Source of the DNA: Verrucomicrobiota bacterium
GTDB taxonomy: Bacteria; Verrucomicrobiota; Verrucomicrobiia; Limisphaerales; AAA164-E04
Length of the DNA: 64,000 nt
Direction of reading: 5' to 3'
Assembly (NCBI GenBank): GCA_047947115.1
Contig: CP170459.1
Location: 736,001-800,000 of the forward strand
Part shown: piece by piece, positions 39,883 through 50,444 of the stretch
Layout: each line of letters opens with the position of its first letter
Position numbering within the stretch: the stretch's first letter is position 1
The notes under the pieces: model-generated
What the model saw: only the letters and a program-made list of their open reading frames with translations
What the model was told of the DNA's origin: nothing
The model's database searches: none
Program-made: the position numbers and the translations under genes

Positions 39883-40463
39883 TGACTTTTTCCTGCAGCA
39901 TCCAATACTTTTGACGTCTGCAACCAATCCGGAGCACTGCCATAGCCTGCATAGCATCTAAAGGAACTCCACCGGTAGGTCCTTAGAGCCTTTAGCCTGA
40001 CGCTGACTTCTTCTGGCGTGGGTGGAGCAACGAGTCCCATCCCCTCGTCTTTATTTCTTCGTTTACCCAACCCAAAAGTCTCAGTCCGCACCGGATTGAG
40101 ATGGATGTAAAACGTCAACTGCCACAACCAGTCCTCCGCATCTACTGGCAAACTTTTAAAACGTCCTTGGAACAGTGGTCCAACACGTTGGTGCTTTCGA
40201 TTGAACCAGGTGCTGTAAGATTGCCCAAGCCACTTCATCCCTTCACTCAAATTCCCAAGTGGCGTACACACTGCCAGATGATAGTGGTTATCCATCAAAC
40301 AATATGCGTGAACTTCTATTCCGTATCGCTCCAGCAACAACCCCATCAACTCAACAAAATGAGACCGATCACGATCACCTAGAAAGATCTCCCTGCGCTC
40401 AATACCACGGTTCATCACATGATACCAACCACCAGCTTGATTCACTCTTAACGGTCTGGCCAT
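39414..40463 (-). CDS. HUH Y1 transposase (RAYT/IS200-like) with C-terminal DnaA-C-like HTH
   Basis: MARPLR, YHVMNRG, YCLMDNHYHL (HUH), GPLFQGRFKS, YIHLNPVR, YRWSS; the stop codon lies inside the inverted repeat. Confidence 0.92.
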   Translation of the reverse strand: MARPLRVNQAGGWYHVMNRGIERREIFLGDRDRSHFVELMGLLLERYGIEVHAYCLMDNHYHLAVCTPLGNLSEGMKWLGQSYSTWFNRKHQRVGPLFQGRFKSLPVDAEDWLWQLTFYIHLNPVRTETFGLGKRRNKDEGMGLVAPPTPEEVSVRLKALRTYRWSSFRCYAGYGSAPDWLQTSKVLDAAGKSHRDRHLRYREMTKDQVRRGIQETTFEQFKEQIAVGSAEFLEKIKSYVDPNNAREYEGRFRFKRTVPLEKVIEVLEEHKTEPMRDWVGRHGDLGKWMLLWLAHRYCGLTQAELGEKVGDMDYSSVSAGIRRFNKKIQTERRLKKQMDTICQMLNVET

Positions 40464-40531
40464 GCACACATACTACCCAACATGTCTTAAAAATCCAACT
40501 CAAATGTCGAATGTCGAGACGTGACCCCAAA

Positions 40532-40800
40532 ACACATATGATGCCATTTGTGCTTTTCTTCAATTTCAGGATTAATTGTAGTAAGCCAAGTGGGTATTTT
40601 GGGATTCAGTGGTGGCAGGGTAGCTCCAGCGAGACCAGTTCTATCTATTCTACTGATGCTATTGTTATTTACGAATCCGTAAACATTTAATCCCCCCTTC
40701 TCAGCAATCGGATCCCGATTCAACCACCGCCCGGTCCCGGGGTTGTAATACCTGAAGCCATAAACTCACACACCCGACGACACCGTAACCGTAATTGCGG
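40532..40800 (-). pseudogene. Rhs repeat-associated core remnant with truncated toxin tip
   Basis: [48 protein letters not shown], then ~35 aa cut off at the inverted repeat. Confidence 0.85.
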
Positions 40801-40894
40801 TTTGTTTTCAAAGAACTTTCTTACAACAAATGATTCGTAGTTGTAATTGTGAGGTTAACGTTTGATGTCTGTCGTGCAAAGGATGGAGTTCAAG

Positions 40895-40925
40895 AAAAAC
40901 GGCCGGCACCGTTGGGTGCCGGCCG
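40895..40925 (-). terminator. Intrinsic terminator after the repeat-protein gene
   Basis: CGGCCGGCACC-4nt-GGTGCCGGCCG with a T run on the minus strand. Confidence 0.8.
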
Positions 40926-40952
40926 GGTTGTGTTTGTTTTGTTGTTCGAATT

Positions 40953-43900
40953 TTATTCGGCCACCGCTCTGGCGAATCCTTGCGGGGCTTCAGTTGTGGA
41001 CCAGACGCGCGGGCTTTGGCTGTCGTCGGCAACGTCTGTCCAGGGGCCGGTGACTTCGTCCGCCATCTGGAGCATTCCGATCCATTCGATGGTGACGTTT
41101 GCGCCGTCGCTGCTGATCTGGATTTCCGGCGTCACGTTCTGGACTTCGCCGGCTGATTGGTATGCCTTGATGGAGTCCGGATTGGACGTGTCGTTAACCA
41201 GATGAATCTTACGGTCCTTGACCGAGTAGAATTCCAGCATCAATCCGTCTTCCTGATTGGTTTCGGACTGGAACCAGAGGATACGAACGGGATACAGACC
41301 GTCTCTAGGTGCTACGATATCGAAGATCTGGCTGCGACCGTAATAGGTCGGAACGCGCTCGGCATTTTCAGAGTTGTCGTAGAGGCTCAAGACCGGTCCA
41401 CTTGGATCATGTGTCGCAGTGACCTTGTGGCCGCCTTCGGAGAACAATCCCAACTGATGGTAACCCGCAGACAGTTCGAGGTAGGTTTTGAGTTCAAGCA
41501 CGACACCTTCCAAGGCAGGAGCACCAATGTCCGACAGCACTGGAAAGAGCTGATCATTCGGGAAATTCAACACGGCGTCCTTTTCGTCCGCCAGAGCATA
41601 CCAGTTGACCACTCCATCCACTGAGACAGCTTCGCTTTCCCATTCACTGAAGTTGGTTGTTACTTCGTTGTAATAGCCCAATCCAGTTTCATCCTCCAGC
41701 TCACCCGCCAATTGCAGTTCGGCTGTTTCAGCAATGTTGTTGTGCACATTGGTTACTTCCAACGGCTGCCAGGAACTGATCATGGTGAAGGTGGCCAGGA
41801 ATCCCGGCTTACTGTCGTTGGTTACCGAGCCGCGACTACTCTGCGGCAACGCGGTATATTCCATGACGTTCACCACGAATGACTGAGTCTGAGTGCTGCC
41901 ACCCACGGATGCGCTGACGGAAACTTCATGCACACTGCCGGGAGCCAGCAACTGCGGGAAGCGACCGTTGACCGTAGTGATTCCATTGGCCTTGGAAGCG
42001 CTCACGATGGCGTTTGCTCCACCGACGGATGCAGAGATGGAGTTGGGATCCACTGTATTGTCGCCTTCGTCTGTCAACTGTAAGGTGAACCCATATCCAT
42101 TGGCATTGAAGCTGTTTTCCACTCCGAATCCAGAGCCAACACCCTGACTCAGGGTCATTGAATCCGATTCCACCCAATCCACTTGCCAACCATTGGAAGC
42201 CCCTTCCTGGAAGGCGGACAGCGCAATGGTCTGACCCGTAGCAATACCCAGATCGGACAGGTTGAGCGTGGCACTGATGGTGTTGCCGGATGCCACGTAG
42301 GAGTAATCCTGAACGATCGCAGTTTCGTCGTCCGCAGGATCGTAGACATACACTCCGTCCGGAGCGCCATCGCGCCAACCGAATTGCACCACCAAATCGG
42401 CTCCGATGGGACTTTGCAAGTTGGTGGCGTTGCCTTCGTATTCGCTGTTGGTGCGGCCTGTGGCAGGGTTGTTGTCTGTGTCGATCAACCAGTGATAGTA
42501 ATAACGGTTGTTCATACCTTCCGCAGTTTGATCCACGGTTGGAGCAGCCCAACTGGTGGTGCTCATGAGAAGTCGCAGTTGATCGCCTGCCACCCAACCA
42601 TTGACCTGTGTCAAGTCGCCGCTTGGATCCGCCATATCGCCGGAAGCATCGGATACCGAAGCCGAAGCCATGCCACCGCCGTTGATGGCGAGGGTTGCGG
42701 ATTCGACCCAGTCGACTTGCCAGCCGTTGGATGCGCCTTCCTGGAATGCCGACACGGCTATGGTTTGGCCTTGAGCCAATCCAAGTGCGGCGAGCGGAAA
42801 GACGGCTGCAACCGTGTTACCACCGATTTGATAAGAGTAATTCTGCACAATGGCGGTTTCGTCATCGGCCGGATCGTAAACATAGACTCCGTCCGGCGCG
42901 CCGTTGCGCCAACCGAATTGAACCACCAGATCGGCCCCGATAGGGTTTTGCAAATTGGTAGCATTGCCTTCGTATTCACTGTTCGTTCGACCGGTGGCCG
43001 GATTGTTGTCGGTATCCAGCAACCAGTGGTAGTAGTGGCGATTGGTCATGCCTTCGGCGGTTTGTTCAATAGTAGGACCAGCAAAATTTTGTGTAGTCAG
43101 GTAGAGATAAAGCAGATCTCCCACCACGGCAACTTGAACGGAGGAGATGTCTCCGTTGGCGTCCGCCATGTCAGCGGGATCGGTCACGGTAGCTGTCGAA
43201 GCGGAACCGCCGTTCAGCGTCAGCGTATCGGATTCGATCCAGTCAACCTGCCACCCATTTGAAGCACCTTCCTGGAAAGCGGACACGCCGATGGTCTGTC
43301 CGTGAGCCAAACCGAGAGCATCCAATGAAAGAATGGCTTCAATGGTGTTGCCACGCGTCAAAAATGCATAATTCGATACGATGGCTGTTTCGTCATCAGC
43401 CGGGTCATAGACATAGACACCGTCAGGCGCCCCGTTGCGCCAGCCGAATTGCACCACCAGGTCGGCTCCGATCGGATTTTCGAGGTTGGTGGCATTCCCT
43501 TCGTATTCGCTGTTGGTGCGACCGGTGGCGGGATTGTTGTCGGTATCCAACAACCAGTGATAATAATAGCGATTGGTCATCCCTTCAGGGGTTTGGTCCA
43601 CGGTTGGCGCTGCCACCCCGTGAACAGACAAGGACAAGTGCAGGAAGTCTCCGACCACAGTGGCGTGCAGACCGGCGATATCGCCACTGCTGTCAGCCAT
43701 GTCGGCAACATCCTGAACGCGGGCGCTGTCCAGACCGGCACCCCCTCCCGGAACGGAAAGCGTGATTTGTGCGGATTCCGCCCAATCGACCTGCCAGCCA
43801 TTCGACGCGCCTTCCTCGAAAGCGGAAACTGCCAGTGTTTGTCCGGTGGCAATGCCCAGGTCATCCAGATTCAGGATGGCGGTAATGGTATTTCCGGAAG

Positions 43901-45482
43901 CCAAATGGGCGTAGTTTTGAACAATGGCTGTTTCGTCATCAGCGGGATCATAGACATAAACACCATCAGGGGCACCATCGCGCCAACCGAACTGCACAAC
44001 AAGATCGGCACCGATCGGGTTTTCAAGATTGGTGGCATTGCCTTCGTATTCGCTGTTGGTGCGACCGGTTGCCGGGTTGTTGTCGGTGTCGATCAACCAG
44101 TGGTAATAATAACGGTTGGTCATGCCTTCGGCGGTTTGATCTGCTGTGGGAGCCGCCCAGCTGGTGGCGGTCATGGAGAGATGCAATTGGTTGCCGACCA
44201 CGTAGGCGCCAACCTGGGTCAGGTCACCGCTTGGATCCGCCATGTCACCGCTTGCATCGGCCACCGCCGTGCTGGCAATGCCCCCGCCATTCACAGTCAA
44301 GGTATCGGATTCCACCCAGTCGACCTGCCAGCCATTGGAAGCGCCTTCTTGGAAACCGGATACAGCAATGGTTTGTCCTTCGGCTAAACCAAGAGCAGAC
44401 AAAGGAATCACGGCTCCTATCGTGTTTCCACCGATTTGATAGGCAAAATTGCTGACAATGGCGGTTTCATCATCCGCCGGGTCGTAAGCATATACACCGT
44501 CGGGAGCTCCATTGCGCCAACCGAACTGGATGACCAGGTCGGCTCCGATCGGGTTTTCGAGATTGGTGGCGTTGCCTTCGTATTCGCTGTTGGTGCGGCC
44601 GGTCGCAGGATTGTTGTCGGTGTCGATCAACCAGTGGTAGTAGTAGCGGTTGGTCATGCCTTCAGCTGTCTGGTCCACTGTTGGGGCAGCGATGTTCTGC
44701 GTGGTCATATACAGATGCAATTGGTCACCTACGACTGCAGCCATAATGGAGGAGATATCCCCGTTCACATCTGCCATATCAGCCGCATCGGACACCGAAG
44801 CCGTTGCGGAGGAGCCTCCATTCAACGTGAGAGTGGCGGATTCGATCCAATCCACCTGCCAGCCATTGGAAGCCCCTTCCTGAAAGGCCGACAAAGCAAC
44901 CGTTTGGCCTTTGGCCAATCCTAGGGATGCCAGGGGAATCACGGCATTAATAGTATTTCCTCGCGCGAAGAAAGCGTAGTTCTGAACGATCGGGGTTTCA
45001 TCGTCTGCCGGATCGTAAGCGTACACGCCATCCGGAGCACCGTTTCGCCATCCGAACTGAATAATCAGATCGGCACCAATCGGGTTCTCCAGATTGGTGG
45101 CGTTTCCTTCATATTCGCTGTTGGTCCGACCGGTGGCCGGATTATTGTCGGCATCAATCAACCAATGATAGTAGTAGCGGTTGGTCATGCCTTCGGGAGT
45201 CTGGTCGACGGTGGGAGCTGCCGTGCCGTGAACAGTCATGGTGAGGTGCAGGAAATCGCCAACAACGGCTGCCTGTACACCTGCAATATCACCACTGGAA
45301 TCCACCATATCGGCGGGATCCTGGATGGAGGCGCTTTGTTGCCCCATCATCTGGACTTGCGTGGTCAGTAAAACGGCGCTCAGGATTGCCCATGCAACGC
45401 GTGCATGCCCCACGAGGCGGCCAGCCCTTGCGCGTGAGGTTTTAATTCGATTAATCATACGGTTCAAGGTTTGGGTCCTCAA
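40953..45482 (-). CDS. Large secreted protein with six ~175-aa repeats and a C-terminal PA14-like region
   Basis: 1509 aa; signal-like hydrophobic segment; six copies of the NRYYYHWLIDTDNNPATGRTNSEYEG...GWQVDW motif; low-charge beta-rich composition. Confidence 0.88.
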   Translation of the reverse strand: MRTQTLNRMINRIKTSRARAGRLVGHARVAWAILSAVLLTTQVQMMGQQSASIQDPADMVDSSGDIAGVQAAVVGDFLHLTMTVHGTAAPTVDQTPEGMTNRYYYHWLIDADNNPATGRTNSEYEGNATNLENPIGADLIIQFGWRNGAPDGVYAYDPADDETPIVQNYAFFARGNTINAVIPLASLGLAKGQTVALSAFQEGASNGWQVDWIESATLTLNGGSSATASVSDAADMADVNGDISSIMAAVVGDQLHLYMTTQNIAAPTVDQTAEGMTNRYYYHWLIDTDNNPATGRTNSEYEGNATNLENPIGADLVIQFGWRNGAPDGVYAYDPADDETAIVSNFAYQIGGNTIGAVIPLSALGLAEGQTIAVSGFQEGASNGWQVDWVESDTLTVNGGGIASTAVADASGDMADPSGDLTQVGAYVVGNQLHLSMTATSWAAPTADQTAEGMTNRYYYHWLIDTDNNPATGRTNSEYEGNATNLENPIGADLVVQFGWRDGAPDGVYVYDPADDETAIVQNYAHLASGNTITAILNLDDLGIATGQTLAVSAFEEGASNGWQVDWAESAQITLSVPGGGAGLDSARVQDVADMADSSGDIAGLHATVVGDFLHLSLSVHGVAAPTVDQTPEGMTNRYYYHWLLDTDNNPATGRTNSEYEGNATNLENPIGADLVVQFGWRNGAPDGVYVYDPADDETAIVSNYAFLTRGNTIEAILSLDALGLAHGQTIGVSAFQEGASNGWQVDWIESDTLTLNGGSASTATVTDPADMADANGDISSVQVAVVGDLLYLYLTTQNFAGPTIEQTAEGMTNRHYYHWLLDTDNNPATGRTNSEYEGNATNLQNPIGADLVVQFGWRNGAPDGVYVYDPADDETAIVQNYSYQIGGNTVAAVFPLAALGLAQGQTIAVSAFQEGASNGWQVDWVESATLAINGGGMASASVSDASGDMADPSGDLTQVNGWVAGDQLRLLMSTTSWAAPTVDQTAEGMNNRYYYHWLIDTDNNPATGRTNSEYEGNATNLQSPIGADLVVQFGWRDGAPDGVYVYDPADDETAIVQDYSYVASGNTISATLNLSDLGIATGQTIALSAFQEGASNGWQVDWVESDSMTLSQGVGSGFGVENSFNANGYGFTLQLTDEGDNTVDPNSISASVGGANAIVSASKANGITTVNGRFPQLLAPGSVHEVSVSASVGGSTQTQSFVVNVMEYTALPQSSRGSVTNDSKPGFLATFTMISSWQPLEVTNVHNNIAETAELQLAGELEDETGLGYYNEVTTNFSEWESEAVSVDGVVNWYALADEKDAVLNFPNDQLFPVLSDIGAPALEGVVLELKTYLELSAGYHQLGLFSEGGHKVTATHDPSGPVLSLYDNSENAERVPTYYGRSQIFDIVAPRDGLYPVRILWFQSETNQEDGLMLEFYSVKDRKIHLVNDTSNPDSIKAYQSAGEVQNVTPEIQISSDGANVTIEWIGMLQMADEVTGPWTDVADDSQSPRVWSTTEAPQGFARAVAE

Positions 45483-45619
45483 TGTGTCATTTTGGAGACA
45501 TAAGCGTTATATATAAAAGACTGAAAGTGAGCAAACTCAAATTAAAGTAAGTGACAGCAAGATTTCCCAATGCCGTATTACATCGAAGGGAATCTCAAGT
45601 GGGGATTACCCAGGCAGGA

Positions 45620-46519
45620 TCAGACCCTCGTTCTCCACCACGGGAAGATGATTTCCACAGCGGTGACGACCAGAAACACAAGGCTAATCAGGGCATTCAG
45701 CCTGAAGAATGAATAATTGATCCACTTGAGGCTGCGTTTTCGGGCCAACCAATGCTCAAGGATCAACGCTACAAATATCAAGCACATGCCAACCAGATAA
45801 ACCAGTTTGAATCGCTCAATGAATCCAAAAATTGCCAGTAATCCCCACATGATCATATGACTTAAGAAGGCTGCTTGCAGGGCATTTTTAACGCCCCATG
45901 CCACCACGACAGAATGGAGTCCGTGTTGGCGGTCAAATTCATGATCTTGCATGGCATAGATGATATCGAATCCAATCAACCAAAAGACCACAGAGATACT
46001 GAGGAGGACAGGCGAAAGGCCCAGGCTTTCACGAACGGCCAACCAAGCTCCGATCGGAGCCAGCCCCAAGGCAACCCCCAGATAGACGTGCGTATAATCT
46101 GTGAAACGTTTGGTCAGTGAATAGAAACACACCACGAACAAAGCCACCGGAGAAAGCACAAAGCAAACAGTGTTGATGAAATAAGCGGCCAGCAAAAATC
46201 CCCCTCCGCTCAACAAAAGCAGCGCTTGCGCACTCCAGAGAGAAATCGCGCCGGTTGCCAAGTGGCGACTGGCGGTTCGGGGGTTGAGTTTATCGAATTT
46301 TCTATCAACAATGCGATTGAAAGTCATGGCACAGGTTCGCGCGCAGACCATTGCTGCCAGGATGAGCAGGAACGTGCGCCACCCCGGCCATCCACGATTG
46401 TCTTTGGCCGCCACCAGCATGGAGGCGAGGGCAAAAGGCAAAGCAAAGACAGTGTGGGAGAATTTGACAAACTCCCCCCACTTGATGATTTCCCGGATGA
46501 TCCTCGACACCGGATTCAT
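45620..46519 (-). CDS. ubiA: UbiA-family polyprenyltransferase (MqnP-like)
   Basis: VKFSHTVFALPFA, NRIVDRKFDKLNPRT, FDIIYAMQDHEFD; ATGA overlap with the rhodanese gene. Confidence 0.88.
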   Translation of the reverse strand: MNPVSRIIREIIKWGEFVKFSHTVFALPFALASMLVAAKDNRGWPGWRTFLLILAAMVCARTCAMTFNRIVDRKFDKLNPRTASRHLATGAISLWSAQALLLLSGGGFLLAAYFINTVCFVLSPVALFVVCFYSLTKRFTDYTHVYLGVALGLAPIGAWLAVRESLGLSPVLLSISVVFWLIGFDIIYAMQDHEFDRQHGLHSVVVAWGVKNALQAAFLSHMIMWGLLAIFGFIERFKLVYLVGMCLIFVALILEHWLARKRSLKWINYSFFRLNALISLVFLVVTAVEIIFPWWRTRV

Positions 46520-46899
46520 GCAGCACCGTCGGATGTGTCCATGGGCCAACCTGATTCAACCATTGCCTTGTATCCGCCCACCAACGAGTGCACATTCGCA
46601 TAACCCATTCGACGGGCCACATCGGCGGTCAAAGCCGAACGGAATCCCCCACCACAATACATGATGAGTTCGGTGGATTTATCAGGGAATTTGGCTTCGA
46701 TGTCGCGTTCAAGAATCCCCTTACCCAGGTGGACGGCATCAGCGGCGTGTTGTTTGTCCCATTCACGATCTTCACGCACATCGACCAGGATGACGTTCTC
46801 ACCGGAAGCGAGGAGTACACGGGCTTGTTCCACCGACAACTCACTCACGTGTTCACGGGCTTCGTTCACCAACTCCAAAAATCCGGGCGAATGTTCCAT
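46516..46899 (-). CDS. Rhodanese-like protein
   Basis: LVDVREDREW, YCGGGFRSAL, SLVGGY. Confidence 0.92.
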   Translation of the reverse strand: MEHSPGFLELVNEAREHVSELSVEQARVLLASGENVILVDVREDREWDKQHAADAVHLGKGILERDIEAKFPDKSTELIMYCGGGFRSALTADVARRMGYANVHSLVGGYKAMVESGWPMDTSDGAA

Positions 46900-46982
46900 A
46901 TCGGTGAGGAGTTAACCCGAAAAACTGAAAATGGCAAAGCGTTTTCAAAGTCTTCCGAGAAGGCTGACTTGACCGGACAACG

Positions 46983-48875
46983 CTAGTTCTCGACAAGAAA
47001 CCGATCCCAGGTGGTTTCGAACCACTCACGGTCCGCCGGAAGGAGCTGATCCCTCTGAACCAGCAAGCCATGGCTTCTCGCCAAATCGTAGTCCTGCTTC
47101 CGCATAGCCACTTCGAACCACGCCAGGTGGTAACCTGAAACAAAATCGGGATCAAGTGACTCCGCCGGCACCTGCTTCAAGTGCTCCACAGCTTCATCAA
47201 AACGATGATTGAGCGCCAGAGCCAATGCGTGATTGATCAACGCTGCCTGATACTTCGAAGGCGTTATCAGGCGACTGATCGAACTTACATTCAATTGTTC
47301 CCAAGTCAAACGAACCGCCGTATCGGATTCCTGCCGGTGGCTCAGCAGCAAAGCCGCATAATTGTTTCGATAGATGTCATTGTCGGGTTCCAGACGATAG
47401 AGCTGCCTGGCTGCTTCCAGGAACAACTCCGAATCCCCCTGATTGGAAGCCAGCGGGAACACTCTTTCCCAATAGGCTTTTTGCTCCTTCATCTCATCTG
47501 AGCAACCGCGCAAAATGCTCAGAGCCTCCGATTCAAATCCAAGGGTTCCCAGTTCTTGAGCGATATAAAAACCCACCGATACAATCTCATATTCCACCCG
47601 GGCAACTTTTTTCATCATCCGGGCCGCCAGCTCGACTTTTTGTTCCCCCAAAGCGGCACGGCCTTCCATGTAGTAGGTGTAGCCTTCCAGGGTGCCGGAC
47701 GCGAGGGGATGCCGACGTGCCTGCACCGCCAGATTGTTCAAACTTTGCCAATCTCGCTGGTCAATCAGAATGTTCGCATAAGCAATCCAGATCGGCTCAT
47801 AATAACCAAAATCGGTGGCATACGTTTTCAAATACTGGATGGCCAGGTCCTTTTCACCGATCATCACCGCAAAATCGGCAAAACGAACCACATCCAGGGC
47901 CTGTTCGGGAGGCAAATTATAGCGTCTGAACTGTTCGATTGCCTGATCCTTTGCTCCCTGCTCAACCAACATGGTCCAATATTGAAGATGATGCACCAAA
48001 CGGTCCACACCCCGGGCGATCATAAAATCCATGGATTGCTTGAACGAATCAGTTTCCCCTCGAGCGACGCTGATCTCACAGTTGAGTGTGTGCGCCAAAG
48101 ACCCAAGAGTGGGATGTTTAAAATGGGAGCGAAGGAGTTCGACGAATGACATCGCTGATTCGGGAGAGCCCCAGATCGACATATAAGCCGCATGATACAG
48201 CTTTAATTCGGGTTCAGCTTCCATGCGCACAGGACCCAAACGCTCAATCCCCCTGCGGAATCCGGAAATGTTCCCCATGTGAAAGGCGCTCTTCAGATAC
48301 TTGACCTCCATCTCAGGAGTCAGTTTTTCCTCCCGCTGACTCAGAAACCACTGGTTGATTTCATGAAGCTGGTAGAAATCAAAGACGTCCGTAACCATTT
48401 CCAGGGAGAATTCATTGGTTTGATTCAATTTCAGATACCACCATCCATTTTGAACAGCCTGACGTGATTTGGATTTCTGCAAATCCTCATTCATCAGAAA
48501 CTGAAAATACTCGCGCTGGTAAATCTGATTTCCCGGATCGTTGGCGATGGAAGAATGCCAGGCATGCACCGCATCATCAAACCGACCGGCATCCATGGCT
48601 TTGTATGCGGCTCGGCGCAGGGACCACGATTGCAGTTTGTCCAGGAGGCTGATTTTGACTGCCGGATTGAAGTCAACAGGAGTCACAGTCCACACTTTGA
48701 CAAGCGCCAAAGGCAACGTAACGAGGATCAAGACCATGCAAAGCAAGCCCCAACGCAACCATGGGGTGTAGTAAAGGAGCCTCAACAAAGGCACGTCATA
48801 ATCAGTAACAAACTTTTCTATCTTTCGACTGATCGTCTTCTTTTTTTCTCTCATTTTTTTCGTAATTGAATGCAA
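46983..48875 (-). CDS. Membrane-anchored TPR-like hypothetical protein
   Basis: One TM helix followed by alpha-helical repeats (LEPDNDIYRNNYAALLL). Confidence 0.7.
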   Translation of the reverse strand: MHSITKKMREKKKTISRKIEKFVTDYDVPLLRLLYYTPWLRWGLLCMVLILVTLPLALVKVWTVTPVDFNPAVKISLLDKLQSWSLRRAAYKAMDAGRFDDAVHAWHSSIANDPGNQIYQREYFQFLMNEDLQKSKSRQAVQNGWWYLKLNQTNEFSLEMVTDVFDFYQLHEINQWFLSQREEKLTPEMEVKYLKSAFHMGNISGFRRGIERLGPVRMEAEPELKLYHAAYMSIWGSPESAMSFVELLRSHFKHPTLGSLAHTLNCEISVARGETDSFKQSMDFMIARGVDRLVHHLQYWTMLVEQGAKDQAIEQFRRYNLPPEQALDVVRFADFAVMIGEKDLAIQYLKTYATDFGYYEPIWIAYANILIDQRDWQSLNNLAVQARRHPLASGTLEGYTYYMEGRAALGEQKVELAARMMKKVARVEYEIVSVGFYIAQELGTLGFESEALSILRGCSDEMKEQKAYWERVFPLASNQGDSELFLEAARQLYRLEPDNDIYRNNYAALLLSHRQESDTAVRLTWEQLNVSSISRLITPSKYQAALINHALALALNHRFDEAVEHLKQVPAESLDPDFVSGYHLAWFEVAMRKQDYDLARSHGLLVQRDQLLPADREWFETTWDRFLVEN

Positions 48876-48918
48876 AATTTGCGTTCATATTACTTCAAAG
48901 TAGAGTGCAGATCAGAAA

Positions 48919-50337
48919 CTAAGAGAAACGATGCCTGAGTTCAAGCAAGATTTTTTCATGAACACCACCGAAGCCGCCATTGCTCAAAATAGCAACAACA
49001 TCTCCCGGTTGCACACCTCGAGCGACTTCATTTGCCATTTCATCCGAACCCGCGAGAACCTTGGCAACCTTTCCCTTTTGTTCGATGGATTCAATCAAGG
49101 ATTCCAGATCCAGTCGCTCTTCCTTCTTCAACAGATGCTCGCGAGCCACCCCACCCAGTAGCGTCACATCCGCTTCCGAGAAGGCCTCGATCAATTCCTT
49201 CTGGAAGATATTGCGCCGGGTTGTATTGCTGCGCGGTTCAAACAAGGTCCAGATACGGCCATCCGAATAGACTTTTCGCAGGGTCTGAATGATTTTTCGA
49301 ATGGCGGTGGGATGGTGGGCAAAATCATCGATCACCGTCACGCCTCCCGGGGTTCCAATAATCTCCAATCGACGTTTGACTCCCTTGAAAGTGCGCATGG
49401 CGGTCTCGACCACCGAACTGGGCACGCCGCAATGCTGCGCACAGGCAATGGCAACCAGTGCATTTTCCATATTGTGCTCCCCGATCATCGGTAAATGGTA
49501 TTCATTTTCGTTAACCCGAAAGTGAAGCACACCCTTTTTAGTATCAATGGCTTCCGCCTTAAAATCCTGGTCACCTTGCAATCCGAATCGCTTCACCGGA
49601 CAATAGTCCACATTCAACAACGGTGCGACATTCGGGTCGGCCCCATTGGCCAGCAGGAGCCCGTTCGGGGGAACCAGACGAATCAGGTGCGAAAATGTCT
49701 TCTGCACAGCATGCAGGTTTTCAAAAATATCGGCGTGATCAAACTCGATGTTGTTGATGATGGCGACTTCTGGCAGATAATGCACAAACTTGCTGCGCTT
49801 ATCGAAAAAGGCGGTGTCGTATTCATCCCCCTCCAAAACGATCCAATCACTCGATGTTAACCGCGCGCCCCGCTGGAAATTACCCGGCAGTCCACCGATG
49901 AGAAAGGATGGATGATACCCGGCACACTCCAGAATCCAGGCGATCATGGATGTGGTGGTCGTCTTTCCATGGGTGCCGCTCACCACAATGGACCGCTTTC
50001 CGCGAATGAAAAACTCCTTCAACAACTCGGGAAGGGAACAATAACGCCACTTCTGTTCCAGCACATATTCCACCTCCGGATTGCCCCGCGACATGGCGTT
50101 GCCAATCACGATCCAGTCCGGTTGCTCGCCAAAATGATTCGGATCGTAGCCCTCATGGACCTTGATTCCCGCCTGGGACAGGAAAGTCGACATCGGAGGA
50201 TAAACATTGGCATCGGACCCAGAGACTCTAAAACCTCTTGATTTCAAAGCCCCTGCACACGAAGCCATCGCCGTCCCGCAAATTCCGATAAAATAAATAT
50301 GATCGCCTTCCTGAATCACCCAGCAAGCATGTAGCAA
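48919..50337 (-). CDS. mpl: Murein peptide ligase (start uncertain)
   Basis: IGICGTAM, VYPPMST, GTHGKTTT, EGDEYDTAFFDKRSKF, DDFAHHPTA, EPRSNT, SNGGFGG. Confidence 0.93.
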   Translation of the reverse strand: MLHACWVIQEGDHIYFIGICGTAMASCAGALKSRGFRVSGSDANVYPPMSTFLSQAGIKVHEGYDPNHFGEQPDWIVIGNAMSRGNPEVEYVLEQKWRYCSLPELLKEFFIRGKRSIVVSGTHGKTTTTSMIAWILECAGYHPSFLIGGLPGNFQRGARLTSSDWIVLEGDEYDTAFFDKRSKFVHYLPEVAIINNIEFDHADIFENLHAVQKTFSHLIRLVPPNGLLLANGADPNVAPLLNVDYCPVKRFGLQGDQDFKAEAIDTKKGVLHFRVNENEYHLPMIGEHNMENALVAIACAQHCGVPSSVVETAMRTFKGVKRRLEIIGTPGGVTVIDDFAHHPTAIRKIIQTLRKVYSDGRIWTLFEPRSNTTRRNIFQKELIEAFSEADVTLLGGVAREHLLKKEERLDLESLIESIEQKGKVAKVLAGSDEMANEVARGVQPGDVVAILSNGGFGGVHEKILLELRHRFS

Positions 50338-50444
50338 TCAGCATCATGATTCCAAGAAGGATTTCATAAGAATCAGACTACAGGGCTGAAAAGCATTTGA
50401 TGTGAGAATGAGTATTGGATTTTTTCTCATTCATCAATTGACAC

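Larger units (their letters stand above)
38912..40531 (-). mobile_element. HUH Y1 (RAYT-like) element bounded by 31-bp inverted repeats
   Basis: TTTGGGGTCACGTCTCGACATTCAACATTTG at 38912-38942 (copy at 39407-39437) is the reverse complement of 40501-40531 with one mismatch. Confidence 0.85.

Noticed and set aside
34882..45482. Repeat protein as a heme-DOMON partner subunit of the molybdoenzyme
   Set aside because: A terminator follows the repeat gene, it appears secreted while the enzyme lacks a Tat signal, and there is no direct evidence of heme binding.
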